NCBI GenBank assembly: GCA_965205265.1
Contig: CBDBGH010000003.1
Coordinates: 2,976,001 to 3,040,000, forward strand
DNA from: Alphaproteobacteria bacterium
GTDB taxonomy: Bacteria; Pseudomonadota; Alphaproteobacteria; Bin95
Direction: 5' to 3'
DNA length: 64,000 nt
Below are positions 1-8,649 of the stretch, piece by piece. How positions within the stretch are numbered: the stretch's first letter is position 1; the number at the start of each line of letters is the position of its first letter. The notes under the pieces are model-generated. The model saw only the letters and a list, made by a program, of their open reading frames with translations, had not been told where the DNA came from and made no database searches. The translations under genes and the position numbers were made by a program.

Positions 1-1676
1 GGGTGGCGCGGATTGCGGAACAGCACCTCGCGCGGCGCAAGCTCCACCAGCCTGCCGGCGCACATCACGGCGATGCGCTCCGCCATGTAATCGACCACCG
101 CCAGATTGTGCGACACGAACAGATAGGTGAGGCCGAGCGCCTTCTGCAGGTCCTTCAGCAGGTTGAGAATCTGCGCCTGCACCGAGACGTCGAGCGCCGA
201 GACCGGCTCGTCGCAGAGCAGCAGCTCCGGCTTGAGCGCTAGGGCGCGGGCGATGCCGAGACGCTGGCGCTGGCCGCCCGAAAAGCTGTGCGGATAGCGG
301 TTGAGATGGCGTTCGTCGAGGCCGACCAGGCGCATCAACTCGCGCACGATCTCGCGCCGCTCCTCCGGCCCCGCCAGGCGATGCACGACCAGCGGCTCGG
401 ACACGATGTCGAACGCCGTCATGCGCGGGTTGAGCGCGCTGAACGGGTCCTGGAACACATACTGGATGCGCCGGCGGTAAGGCAGCAGGCTCTTCTGCGG
501 CAGCCGCAGCAGATCGACCGCGGCGCCGTTGTCGTCGAACAGCACTTCGCCCCGGTCGGGCGTCAGCGCGCGCATGACGATCTTGCTGAGCGTGCTCTTG
601 CCGCAGCCGCTCTCGCCGACCAGGCCCAGGCATTCGCCGCGCTCGATGCGGAAGCTCACATCGTCCACCGCCAGCACGCCTTCCTCGGCCCCGCCGCCGA
701 AGAGGCCGGCCTTGCGGCTGCCGTAGCGCTTGGTGAGGCTGCGGACTTCCAGCAGCGGGCGGTCGGCGGGCGCCTGCGGCTCCTGCTCCGCGCGGCTTTC
801 CCCGGCGAGCAGCCGGCCGGTTTCGGGGCGGACCTCGCGGATCGGGGTCAGCCGCTCGCCCGCGGCCATGTGGAAGCGGGGGACGGCGCGCAGCAGCGCC
901 TTCAGATAGGGGTGCCCGGCGCGCCGGAAGACATCCTCGGCGCTGCCGGCCTCGACGATGCGGCCGTGATACATCACCACCAGCTCGTCGGCCATGTTGG
1001 CGACCACGCCGAGATCGTGGGTAATCATCAGCACCGCCATGCCGAGCTCGCGCTGGAGGTCCTTGACGAGTTTCAGGATCTGCGCCTGGACGGTCACGTC
1101 GAGCGCGGTGGTCGGCTCGTCGGCGATCAGCAGCGCCGGGCGGCAGATCAGCGCCATGGCAATCATCGCCCGCTGGCGCAGGCCGCCCGAGAGTTCGAAG
1201 GGATAGGTGTCGAGCGCGCGTTCCGGGTCCGGGAAGCCGACCAGGCGCAGCATATCGGCCGTCTCGGCGCGCAGCCGTTTCGCGGTCGTTTCGCTGTGCA
1301 GCCGGAGCGCCTCGGAGACCTGGTCGCCCACGGTGTGCAGCGGCGAGAGCGAGGTCATCGGCTCCTGGAAGATGATCGAGACCGCGCCGCCGCGCAGCCG
1401 GCGCATCCGGCGGCCGTCCGGGTCGAGCGCGGCGATGTCCACCTCGGGCTGGCCTTCGCGCCGCAGGCGGATCGAGCCCGAGCGGATCGCGGCGGCGCGC
1501 GGCAGGATGCCCATGACCGCCTGTGCGGTCACCGATTTGCCGGACCCCGATTCCCCGACCAGCGCGACCGTCCGGCCGTGCGGGATGGAGAACGACACGC
1601 CGTCCACGGCCGTGACCGCCCCGCCCGGCGTGCTGAACTCGACCGCGAGGTTTTCGATTTCCAACAGCGCGCTCAA
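1..1676 (-). CDS. Dipeptide/oligopeptide-type ABC transporter ATP-binding protein with two NBDs (3' end runs off the window)
   Basis: Translated by hand from TTG at 1676: [29 protein letters not shown]; two Walker A motifs ([16 protein letters not shown]) and two signatures ([16 protein letters not shown]). Absent from the ORF track because it has no stop inside the window. Confidence 0.9.
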   Translation of the reverse strand, partial: MSALLEIENLAVEFSTPGGAVTAVDGVSFSIPHGRTVALVGESGSGKSVTAQAVMGILPRAAAIRSGSIRLRREGQPEVDIAALDPDGRRMRRLRGGAVSIIFQEPMTSLSPLHTVGDQVSEALRLHSETTAKRLRAETADMLRLVGFPDPERALDTYPFELSGGLRQRAMIAMALICRPALLIADEPTTALDVTVQAQILKLVKDLQRELGMAVLMITHDLGVVANMADELVVMYHGRIVEAGSAEDVFRRAGHPYLKALLRAVPRFHMAAGERLTPIREVRPETGRLLAGESRAEQEPQAPADRPLLEVRSLTKRYGSRKAGLFGGGAEEGVLAVDDVSFRIERGECLGLVGESGCGKSTLSKIVMRALTPDRGEVLFDDNGAAVDLLRLPQKSLLPYRRRIQYVFQDPFSALNPRMTAFDIVSEPLVVHRLAGPEERREIVRELMRLVGLDERHLNRYPHSFSGGQRQRLGIARALALKPELLLCDEPVSALDVSVQAQILNLLKDLQKALGLTYLFVSHNLAVVDYMAERIAVMCAGRLVELAPREVLFRNPRH

Positions 1677-1701
1677 CGCGCGGTCTCCACAACGCGCGCG
1701 C

Positions 1702-2196
1702 TCAACGCCCCGCCTCGAGATCGACCGGCCAGACGCCGATCGCCTCCAGATTGGCGAGTGTCGTGGGGTCGAGCGCCAGCGCATTTTCCGCCGCCGCCCG
1801 CGCCGCCCGCGCGGCCACAAGGTTGAAGCGGTCGAGATTGGAGTCGATGGTGATCGTCGTCCCGCCGCCCGAGAGCTTCAATTGCATCCAGCCGTGGCCG
1901 CGCTCCTTGCGGGTCGAATAGAAGCGCAGCGCCAGCCGGTCGAGCCCGTCCCAGGCGATCGTGCGGCCAACGGGACCGAGAATCCGTATGCCCGCCGGGT
2001 TCATCTGCACCGTCGAGCGGTGTTTCACCCAGGTCATCACGGCGAAGCCGCCGAACAGCAGCGCCAGCAGACCGAGCAGCCAATTGCCGAAACTGCCGGG
2101 CGGCACCCACGGCATGGGCAGCAGCGCAATCGCCAGGCCGATGCCCGCGCGCGTATAGTCCGGCCAGAGTGTGCGGGCCGGATAACCCAGGGCCAT
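1702..2196 (-). CDS. Hypothetical membrane protein (2 TM helices plus soluble domain)
   Basis: MALGYPARTLWPDYTRAGIGLAIALL...WMQLKL; GGAGG upstream of the ATG; high-GC codon usage. Confidence 0.7.
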   Translation of the reverse strand: MALGYPARTLWPDYTRAGIGLAIALLPMPWVPPGSFGNWLLGLLALLFGGFAVMTWVKHRSTVQMNPAGIRILGPVGRTIAWDGLDRLALRFYSTRKERGHGWMQLKLSGGGTTITIDSNLDRFNLVAARAARAAAENALALDPTTLANLEAIGVWPVDLEAGR

Positions 2197-2641
2197 GCCT
2201 CCGCCTGGCGCCCCTGCTTCCGCCGTCGTCGAGATGGCGCGATCCCCTTCTGCCCCGGACCTTTTCGAGTCTGCGCGATTCCGCCCGCCGCCGCAATTCC
2301 GCCTTCCGACGGGCGCCGGTTCCTGCCCGATCGCCGGCGGAAGGTTGGGCGCCATGTCCTCCGTGAGCCCCATCGTGACGGCGTCCGCCGGCAGCGCCGC
2401 GGTCGAGGCCGGCCTCGACAGCCTGCCCCGAGGCGGTCTTCCGGCGACCCGGTAGCGGAAACGGCAGGGAAGGCGCTCCTCCAGCCCACCCTGCCGTTGC
2501 TTGGACGGCGCAACCGCGCAGCGCCGCCCATGCACACTCTACCAGTGGAGCAGCGAGCCTGTCACCAGCGGCTTCCAAGAAAGCCGACAAGCCGGGGGCC
2601 ACAGCGTTCCCGACCCCGATCTGCAATCTGGCCCCGGTGCT

Positions 2642-3352
2642 TCAGCCCGGCCAGAGCGTCGCGGGGTCCCGCCAGCCGGCGCGGGGATGGGCCGCGACGA
2701 AGCGGGCGAGGTCGCGGAAGAAGGCGAGACCCGGTTCGTCGGCGGCGAGATGGTGGGAGAGGATGCCGGTGGGCTCGTCCCGGTCGGCCGTTCCCAAGCG
2801 GCGGGCGCGGAGATGGGCGGCGATATCGTTCAGCACCTCCGCCTCGCCGCGAAAGCCGCGATGGGTGCGCCAGGCGACCGGATCGACATGGGCGTTGGTC
2901 TCGAACGGGCCCCGGCGCGGACGGAAAACGGAGAGGCCCCGCCAGCCCGCCGCCGGCAGCCGTGCGGCCAGCGCCGGGTCGATCCGGTTCCAGGGCGGCA
3001 CGACGACCGGCAGGAAGCGCCGGCCGTAAAGCGCCCGCAGCCGCTCGCGGCCGCTCTCCAGCTCGGCCAGCATGGTTTCCTGCGGCCTGTGGGGACCGAA
3101 TTCGGCCTTCTTCTCCGCCGGGCCCGCATGGTTTTCGTGCCGCCATCCATGCTGGAGGATCGCGCCCGGCAGGTCGGCGGCGGCTTCCGCCGGGACGACC
3201 GCGAGCGCAAAAGGAACGCCGTCCAGCGCGTCGACCAGCCGTTCCAGCGCGGGCGACCGGGCGGTGGCATCGTCATCGCGCCACCAGAAGTCCGCCGGTT
3301 CCGGCCAGAGGTCGAGCTCGCTTGCCAGCGCCTGCCAGGGGTCAGCGGCCAT
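2642..3352 (-). CDS. Polysaccharide deacetylase-like protein
   Basis: FWWRDDDA, QHGWRHENH, VPPWNR and GILSHHL motifs; overlaps the upstream GT stop. Confidence 0.8.
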   Translation of the reverse strand: MAADPWQALASELDLWPEPADFWWRDDDATARSPALERLVDALDGVPFALAVVPAEAAADLPGAILQHGWRHENHAGPAEKKAEFGPHRPQETMLAELESGRERLRALYGRRFLPVVVPPWNRIDPALAARLPAAGWRGLSVFRPRRGPFETNAHVDPVAWRTHRGFRGEAEVLNDIAAHLRARRLGTADRDEPTGILSHHLAADEPGLAFFRDLARFVAAHPRAGWRDPATLWPG

Positions 3353-4472
3353 CGAGGTCCCGCAACAGCGCGATTGTCGCCGGGATGCCGCCGAGATCGA
3401 TGCCGGCCGCGGACAAGGGCGGGCCGGCGAGCGCCCGGTCGATGGCGGCGGCCAGGCGCTCCGGCGAAAGCTCGTCCTCGGCCACGACCTGCAGGGCGCC
3501 GCGTTCGGCGAGCGCGCCGGCGCGCAGCGTCTGTTCGCTCTCATGCCCGCCCGCATAGGGCGCGACGACGGCGCGGAGGCCGGCGGCCAACACCTCCATG
3601 ACCGTGTTGTAGCCGCCCTGCGAGACGGAAAGATGCGCGCGGCTGAGCAAGGCCTGGAAATCGGGCCGGGCGCGCTCGACGATGACGCCGGACGATGCAG
3701 CGCGCGCCAGCTCGGAAAACACGGCCTCCGGCAGCCCCTCGCCGACCAGGAAGCGCCAGCGGCGGTCATGCGCGGCCGAGAGCGGGCGGGCGGCGAGCGC
3801 GGCGCGCAGCAGCGGCTCGCCAACCGCCCCGCCGCCGGCGGAGACCAGAACCTCGCCCTCGCCGTCACCGCAAGGCGGGGCCTCTACCGGGTCCACCGTG
3901 TAGCCGGTATAGCGCACGAGCGGCGCAATCCCGTCGAGGCCCGGAAAGGTCGCATCGAACGGCACGAAGGCCGGGTCGCCGTGGACCAGCACCAGATCGT
4001 ACCAGCGTTCCACCCGCTCCAGCATCTCGCCGATGCGCTCGGGCTTGTCCGGCTCGACCAGAATGTCGCGCACCGAGGAAACAGTCGTGCAGCCGTCGGC
4101 CTTCGCCCGCGTCAGCAGCGGCTCCAGCTCGAAGCGCAATTGCCGGCGGCCGAAGGGGAAAAGCTCCGTAACCAGGGCGTCCGGCCGGGCCGCCTCATAG
4201 GCCTCGAACAGCGCCGCCCGCCGCCTGTTGCGCCAGGCATCGTCGATGGGCCGGTCCCGCTCGTCCGCCAATTGCTTGAAATAGCGGTCCACGGCGCGCA
4301 CCGGCGGAAGCTGCACCAGCTTCGCCGCGCCGGGGTCGGCGCCGGGCACCGGCAGGCCGCCCGTGGCGACGACCGTTTCGATGCCGGCTGCAGCGGCGGC
4401 CCTCGCCAGCGACAGCGTGCGGCGCAGATGGCCGATGCCGAGCAGGTGCTGAACCCAGAAGAAGACCTTCAT
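3342..4472 (-). CDS. Glycosyltransferase, GT-B fold (GT28 C-terminal-like)
   Basis: MKVFFWVQHLLGIGHLRR; ELFPFGR; VSAGGGAVG; SQGGYNT. Confidence 0.85.
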   Translation of the reverse strand: MKVFFWVQHLLGIGHLRRTLSLARAAAAAGIETVVATGGLPVPGADPGAAKLVQLPPVRAVDRYFKQLADERDRPIDDAWRNRRRAALFEAYEAARPDALVTELFPFGRRQLRFELEPLLTRAKADGCTTVSSVRDILVEPDKPERIGEMLERVERWYDLVLVHGDPAFVPFDATFPGLDGIAPLVRYTGYTVDPVEAPPCGDGEGEVLVSAGGGAVGEPLLRAALAARPLSAAHDRRWRFLVGEGLPEAVFSELARAASSGVIVERARPDFQALLSRAHLSVSQGGYNTVMEVLAAGLRAVVAPYAGGHESEQTLRAGALAERGALQVVAEDELSPERLAAAIDRALAGPPLSAAGIDLGGIPATIALLRDLDGR

Positions 4473-5056
4473 CGGAAGGCCTGCACATCGAGACAGCGGA
4501 GCCGCAGCCGCCCGCCCGGCGCGACTTCGAACAGATGCGCCGCCGGCGAGGAGAGCGCGCGGGGCGGCCGCTCCCGCATGTCCCATCCGGCGGCGGCGGC
4601 GTAGAGCGCGCGAATCACGCCGCGATGCGCGACCGCGACCGTCGGCCGGCCGCGCCGCGCGACCTCTTCGAGCCAGGGCCCGAGCCGGCGCTGGACCATG
4701 CGCGGGCTCTCGCCGCCGGGCGGCAGGAAGTCGAGCCCGCGCGCCTCGTTCGCCGCCATTGCGGGCCCGAGTTCGGCGCGAAGCTCCGCCAGCCGCCGCC
4801 CCTCCCATTCGCCCCAGTCCATCTCGATGAGCGCCGGCGCGCATGGAACCGCGCCGCCGGCCAGCACCGCCGCCGTGCGCCGCGCGCGGGCAAGCGGGCT
4901 CGCCGCCCAGTCGAAGGAGGAGAAGGCCGGCGGCAGCCTCCAGCCCGCAACCTCCGCCACGCCCTCGGCGTCGAGGGGAATGTCGCGCCGCCCCTGAACC
5001 CGCCTTTGCCGGTTCCAGGCGGTGGGGCCGTGCCGGATGAGGGCGAGCAGCGTCAT
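4469..5056 (-). CDS. Histidine phosphatase (phosphoglycerate mutase family)
   Basis: LIRHGPTAWN, SPLARARRTA, EMDWGEWEG, GGES and VAHRGV motifs. Confidence 0.9.
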   Translation of the reverse strand: MTLLALIRHGPTAWNRQRRVQGRRDIPLDAEGVAEVAGWRLPPAFSSFDWAASPLARARRTAAVLAGGAVPCAPALIEMDWGEWEGRRLAELRAELGPAMAANEARGLDFLPPGGESPRMVQRRLGPWLEEVARRGRPTVAVAHRGVIRALYAAAAGWDMRERPPRALSSPAAHLFEVAPGGRLRLRCLDVQAFR

Positions 5057-6096
5057 GCCAGCGCCGCCGCGGCCTGGGGGATGTCGTGGCGCGCGAGCAC
5101 GCGCTTCCTGGCCGCCCTGCCCATTTCGCGGCGCCGGGCCGGGTCCGTCAGCAGCGCCCGCAGGCCGGCGGCGAAGGCAGCCGCATCGCCCGGCGGCGCC
5201 AGCAGCCCCGTTTCCCCATGCGCCACCACGGCCGGCACGCCGTCGGTCGCCGCCGCCACGACCGGCAGGCCGGCGGCTGAGGCTTCCAGCAGCGCCATGC
5301 CGATGGCCTCGCGTTCCGCCGGCCAGACGAAGAGGTCCGCATTGGCCAGGATGGCGGACAATTCGGCCTCGCTCCGCCGGCCGAGCCAACAGGTGCGCCC
5401 GGCCGGCAATGCCGCCTCGACCTGCCCGCGCGCCGGCCCGTCGCCCACCACGAGCAGCCGCCAGGGCAGGTCGTCCAGCGCCGCCAGCGCCGCGCCCAGC
5501 CTGCGGTAGGAGGCGAGCTTGGCGCCCTCGCGCATCATCGCGACCGTCACCAGCAGAGGCGGGTCGCCCCGGCAGGAGGCCGCCCGCCAGGCCGAGGCAT
5601 CCAGAAACGGCGCCAGGTCGATGAGGCGGTGCGGCGAGGTGAGCGGCGCGAGGCAGGTGCGGTCGTTCGGGTTGAGGCAGAAGAGGCGGTCGGCGCGGGC
5701 AATCGCGTCCGCCACCGCGCGATGCCCGATGTCCCAGGGGCTGCCGGCGCGCTTCGGCGCGTGCGAAGCTTCGGCCACCCAGTAGGCCGCGCCGCGCGCC
5801 GCCGCCAAGCGGGGGCCAAGCCAGTCCGGCGCCTTGTAGTAGAGGTGGTAGGTGAACCAGACGTCAAAGGCGGGCAGGCGCGCCTCCAGACGCTCGGCGA
5901 GCCTGCCGCCGAGCGCCCGGATACGTCGCTGGCGGCAGGGGTCGCCCCGCTTGTCCAGCGGGCGGAAGCGCGAGGCGAGGAAAGGGTCGTGGCCCGCCGC
6001 CTCCAGCGCGCGCAGGAAGAGGCGCGCGATCTGCCTTTCGCCCGAAGGGACGGGATGGTCGGGCGGCTTCAGCGGCGCATGGAACGCAATGCGCAT
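5053..6096 (-). CDS. Glycosyltransferase family 4
   Basis: MRIAFHAPLKPPDHPVPSG; EAIGMALLEA (EX7E) and GETGLL motifs. Confidence 0.88.
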   Translation of the reverse strand: MRIAFHAPLKPPDHPVPSGERQIARLFLRALEAAGHDPFLASRFRPLDKRGDPCRQRRIRALGGRLAERLEARLPAFDVWFTYHLYYKAPDWLGPRLAAARGAAYWVAEASHAPKRAGSPWDIGHRAVADAIARADRLFCLNPNDRTCLAPLTSPHRLIDLAPFLDASAWRAASCRGDPPLLVTVAMMREGAKLASYRRLGAALAALDDLPWRLLVVGDGPARGQVEAALPAGRTCWLGRRSEAELSAILANADLFVWPAEREAIGMALLEASAAGLPVVAAATDGVPAVVAHGETGLLAPPGDAAAFAAGLRALLTDPARRREMGRAARKRVLARHDIPQAAAALA

Positions 6097-7301
6097 GTCG
6101 GCGACTCGAAGCGCTCTGCCAGCCGGTCGATACCGGCCTCGAAGGAAAAGGCCGTGCGGACGCGCGCATGGGCCGCCCGGCCCATGGCGGCCCTCTCCGC
6201 CGGGTTGCGGATGAGCGCGGCGAGCGCCGCCGCAAGGGCCTGCGGGTCCTCCGGCTCGACCAGCAGGCCGGTCTCGCCGGCGCGTACGAATTCCGGCACC
6301 GCCGAGACCCGCGTGGAAACCGCCGGCAGGCCCTGTGAGGCCGCCTCCATCAACACATTGGGCAGGCCGTCGCGGTCGCCGTCGGGGGCAACCCGGCAGG
6401 CGAGCGCGAAGAGGTCCGCCTTGCGGAGCTCCTCCACCACCCTGTCCTGCGGCTGCGCGCCGAGGAACCGGGCCGGCAGGCCGGCCGCTGCCCGCTCCAG
6501 CCGCCCGGCGAGCTTGCCGCCGCCGATATGCACGAAGCGCCAGTGCAGCTCCGGCGGCAGCAGGCCGAGCGCCGCGAGCAGCGTGTCGTAGCCCTTCTTC
6601 TCCACCGCGCGGCCGACCGACGCGATGACCACGGGCCGGGCCGGGTCGCTGCCGTCGGGCGCGTCGCGCTCCGGCGGCGGGGGGAAACGGCCGGGATCGA
6701 GGCCGTGATAGACCAGCATCACCCGCTCCGGCACCGCCGCGAGCGCCCTGAGATGCTCCGCGCCTGCGCTCGTGCAGGTCGTGAGCCATTCGCACCCGGC
6801 GAGCTTCTCGCGCTTCTCCCATTCGGGCGTGGTCCAGATGTCCTTGGCATGGGCCGAGCAGGACCAGGGCAGGCCGGTCATCAGGCTCGCATAGCGGGCG
6901 ACCGAGGCGGGCGTGTGCAGGAAATGCACATGGAAGCGCTCGACATCCTCCGGCAGTTCCGCCGCCAGCACCGCTGCCTGGGCGAAGCGCCGGCCCCGGT
7001 TCGGCGTCGGGTCGCGCCGCCAGTCGCGGAGCCAGGCGGCGCGCGCAGCCCGGTAGCCCGGCAGGCGGCGCGCGCGGCGCCATCCTAGCCAGACGCGGCG
7101 CGGCTCTTCATGGACATATTCCGGCAGGTAGTGGACCGGCGCCGCGATCCGCTCGTGCATCGGGTGGTGCGCCGGATCGGTCGGGCGGCGCAGCGAGACG
7201 ATGCGCTGCGCGACCCCGCGTTCCTCGAGGCCCAGGATTTCCTGCGCGATGAAGGTCTCGGAGAGGCGCGGCCAGCCTTTGACGACGGTTGCGACGGTCA
7301 A
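6069..7301 (-). CDS. Glycosyltransferase family 4 (WcaL-like)
   Basis: TTG start overlapping the upstream stop; KGWPRLSETFI, GRAVEKKG, DGLPNVLMEA. Confidence 0.88.
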   Translation of the reverse strand: MTVATVVKGWPRLSETFIAQEILGLEERGVAQRIVSLRRPTDPAHHPMHERIAAPVHYLPEYVHEEPRRVWLGWRRARRLPGYRAARAAWLRDWRRDPTPNRGRRFAQAAVLAAELPEDVERFHVHFLHTPASVARYASLMTGLPWSCSAHAKDIWTTPEWEKREKLAGCEWLTTCTSAGAEHLRALAAVPERVMLVYHGLDPGRFPPPPERDAPDGSDPARPVVIASVGRAVEKKGYDTLLAALGLLPPELHWRFVHIGGGKLAGRLERAAAGLPARFLGAQPQDRVVEELRKADLFALACRVAPDGDRDGLPNVLMEAASQGLPAVSTRVSAVPEFVRAGETGLLVEPEDPQALAAALAALIRNPAERAAMGRAAHARVRTAFSFEAGIDRLAERFESPTCALRSMRR

Positions 7302-8503
7302 GGCTGCACGAGCCTGAGCGGCTCCACCGCCGGCCGCTCCAGCGCCCGGTCGGTGAGCCGCGCAATGCTCTCCACGCCGTCCATGAGGCCCGGCACGACC
7401 ACCTCGGACGGCCGGTTCTGGAGGGCGAGGCCGCGGATCGCGCCCGCCATGGCGCGGGTGTCGGCAAGGCAGTCGGGGTCGAGCATCCGCACGAGGCCGA
7501 GTTCCTGCGCGCGTTCGGCGCGGATGCGCTGCTCCAGCCGGGGCCGGGTGCGCGGCACGATGACGGCCGGCTTGTCGAGCGAGAGGATCTCGCAAAACGT
7601 GTTGTAGCCGCCCATCGCGACCACGCCGGAGGCCCGCTCCATCAGGGCTTCCAGATGCGCATCGAAGACGAGTGTCGAGACCTGCGGCAGCGCCGCCGCC
7701 CGCCGGCGGAACTCCGCCTGGCGCTCCGAGGGCATGAACGGCCCGAACACCAGCACGGCCCGCCACGGCATCGGGCCGGCATGCTCATAGGCGCGCAGAA
7801 CCCAGTCGATCAGCTCGTCGCCGTCGCCGCCGCCGCCGGCCGTCACCAGCACGAAGGGCTCTTCCGCCGCGCATTCGGCCTCCGGAGACAGCGGCGCGTC
7901 CGGCACGCCGCGCGGCAGATAGCCGGTATAGACCGCCTTGCGCTGCACCGCTTCCGGCAGGCCGAGCCCCTCCAGCGGGTCGCAGATCTGCGGCAGGCCG
8001 TATATCCAGATTTCGTCGTAGAGCCGGGAGAGCGCCGGAGCGACATTCTTGCGCTCCCATTCCGGCGCCAGCATTTCCGGCTCGTCCATCACGTCGCGCA
8101 GGCCGAGTATGAGGCGCGTGCCCCGCTGGCGCAGGATGTCCAGCGTCTCGGCCACCTCGCCGCGCAGGCCGAGCGGCTCCTTGTCCACCAGGAACAGGTC
8201 CGGGTCGAAGATCTCCGCCGTGTGGCGGATGATCGAGGCGCGCATGGCCAGCGTTTCTTCGGGCGCCATGTTGAGGTTGAGCGGCGTGTAGTCGCCGTTG
8301 CGCAGCTTGATCATGCCCGGCACGCGGACGAAATCGACGCGGGTGCGGAAGTCGAAGCTGCCGATGATCGGCGAGCCCGACAGGATCAGCACCGACAGGT
8401 CCCGGCGCCGGCCGACCAGCGCATGCGCGATCGTCCGGCAGCGGCGCAGATGGCCGAGCCCGAAGCTGTCATGGCTGTAGATGAGGATACGCTTGCCTCT
8501 CAT
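7298..8503 (-). CDS. Glycosyltransferase, GT-B fold (GT28 C-terminal-like)
   Basis: ILIYSHDSFGLGHLRR; DKEPLGLRGE; TAGGGGDG; MGGYNT. Confidence 0.85.
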   Translation of the reverse strand: MRGKRILIYSHDSFGLGHLRRCRTIAHALVGRRRDLSVLILSGSPIIGSFDFRTRVDFVRVPGMIKLRNGDYTPLNLNMAPEETLAMRASIIRHTAEIFDPDLFLVDKEPLGLRGEVAETLDILRQRGTRLILGLRDVMDEPEMLAPEWERKNVAPALSRLYDEIWIYGLPQICDPLEGLGLPEAVQRKAVYTGYLPRGVPDAPLSPEAECAAEEPFVLVTAGGGGDGDELIDWVLRAYEHAGPMPWRAVLVFGPFMPSERQAEFRRRAAALPQVSTLVFDAHLEALMERASGVVAMGGYNTFCEILSLDKPAVIVPRTRPRLEQRIRAERAQELGLVRMLDPDCLADTRAMAGAIRGLALQNRPSEVVVPGLMDGVESIARLTDRALERPAVEPLRLVQP

Positions 8504-8649
8504 GGGATCGACTATTGCACAACTCCCGTTCGGCGCGGAAGCGGAGGATTTGCCGCTTCGCCGATATGTCGTGACGGCGCGCGGCACTTTCAATTGCGTC
8601 GGATAGGCCCATGATGCGCGCCTCCGGTCGAGGCGCGGGAGCAGCCGGC

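Noticed and set aside
288-3558. Long plus-strand ORFs (512 aa, 783 aa) and similar long ORFs such as 48366-51584, 8590-10890 and 57179-59503
   Set aside because: Antisense or shifted-frame shadows of real genes in high-GC DNA; Arg/Pro/Ala-rich with no family motifs.
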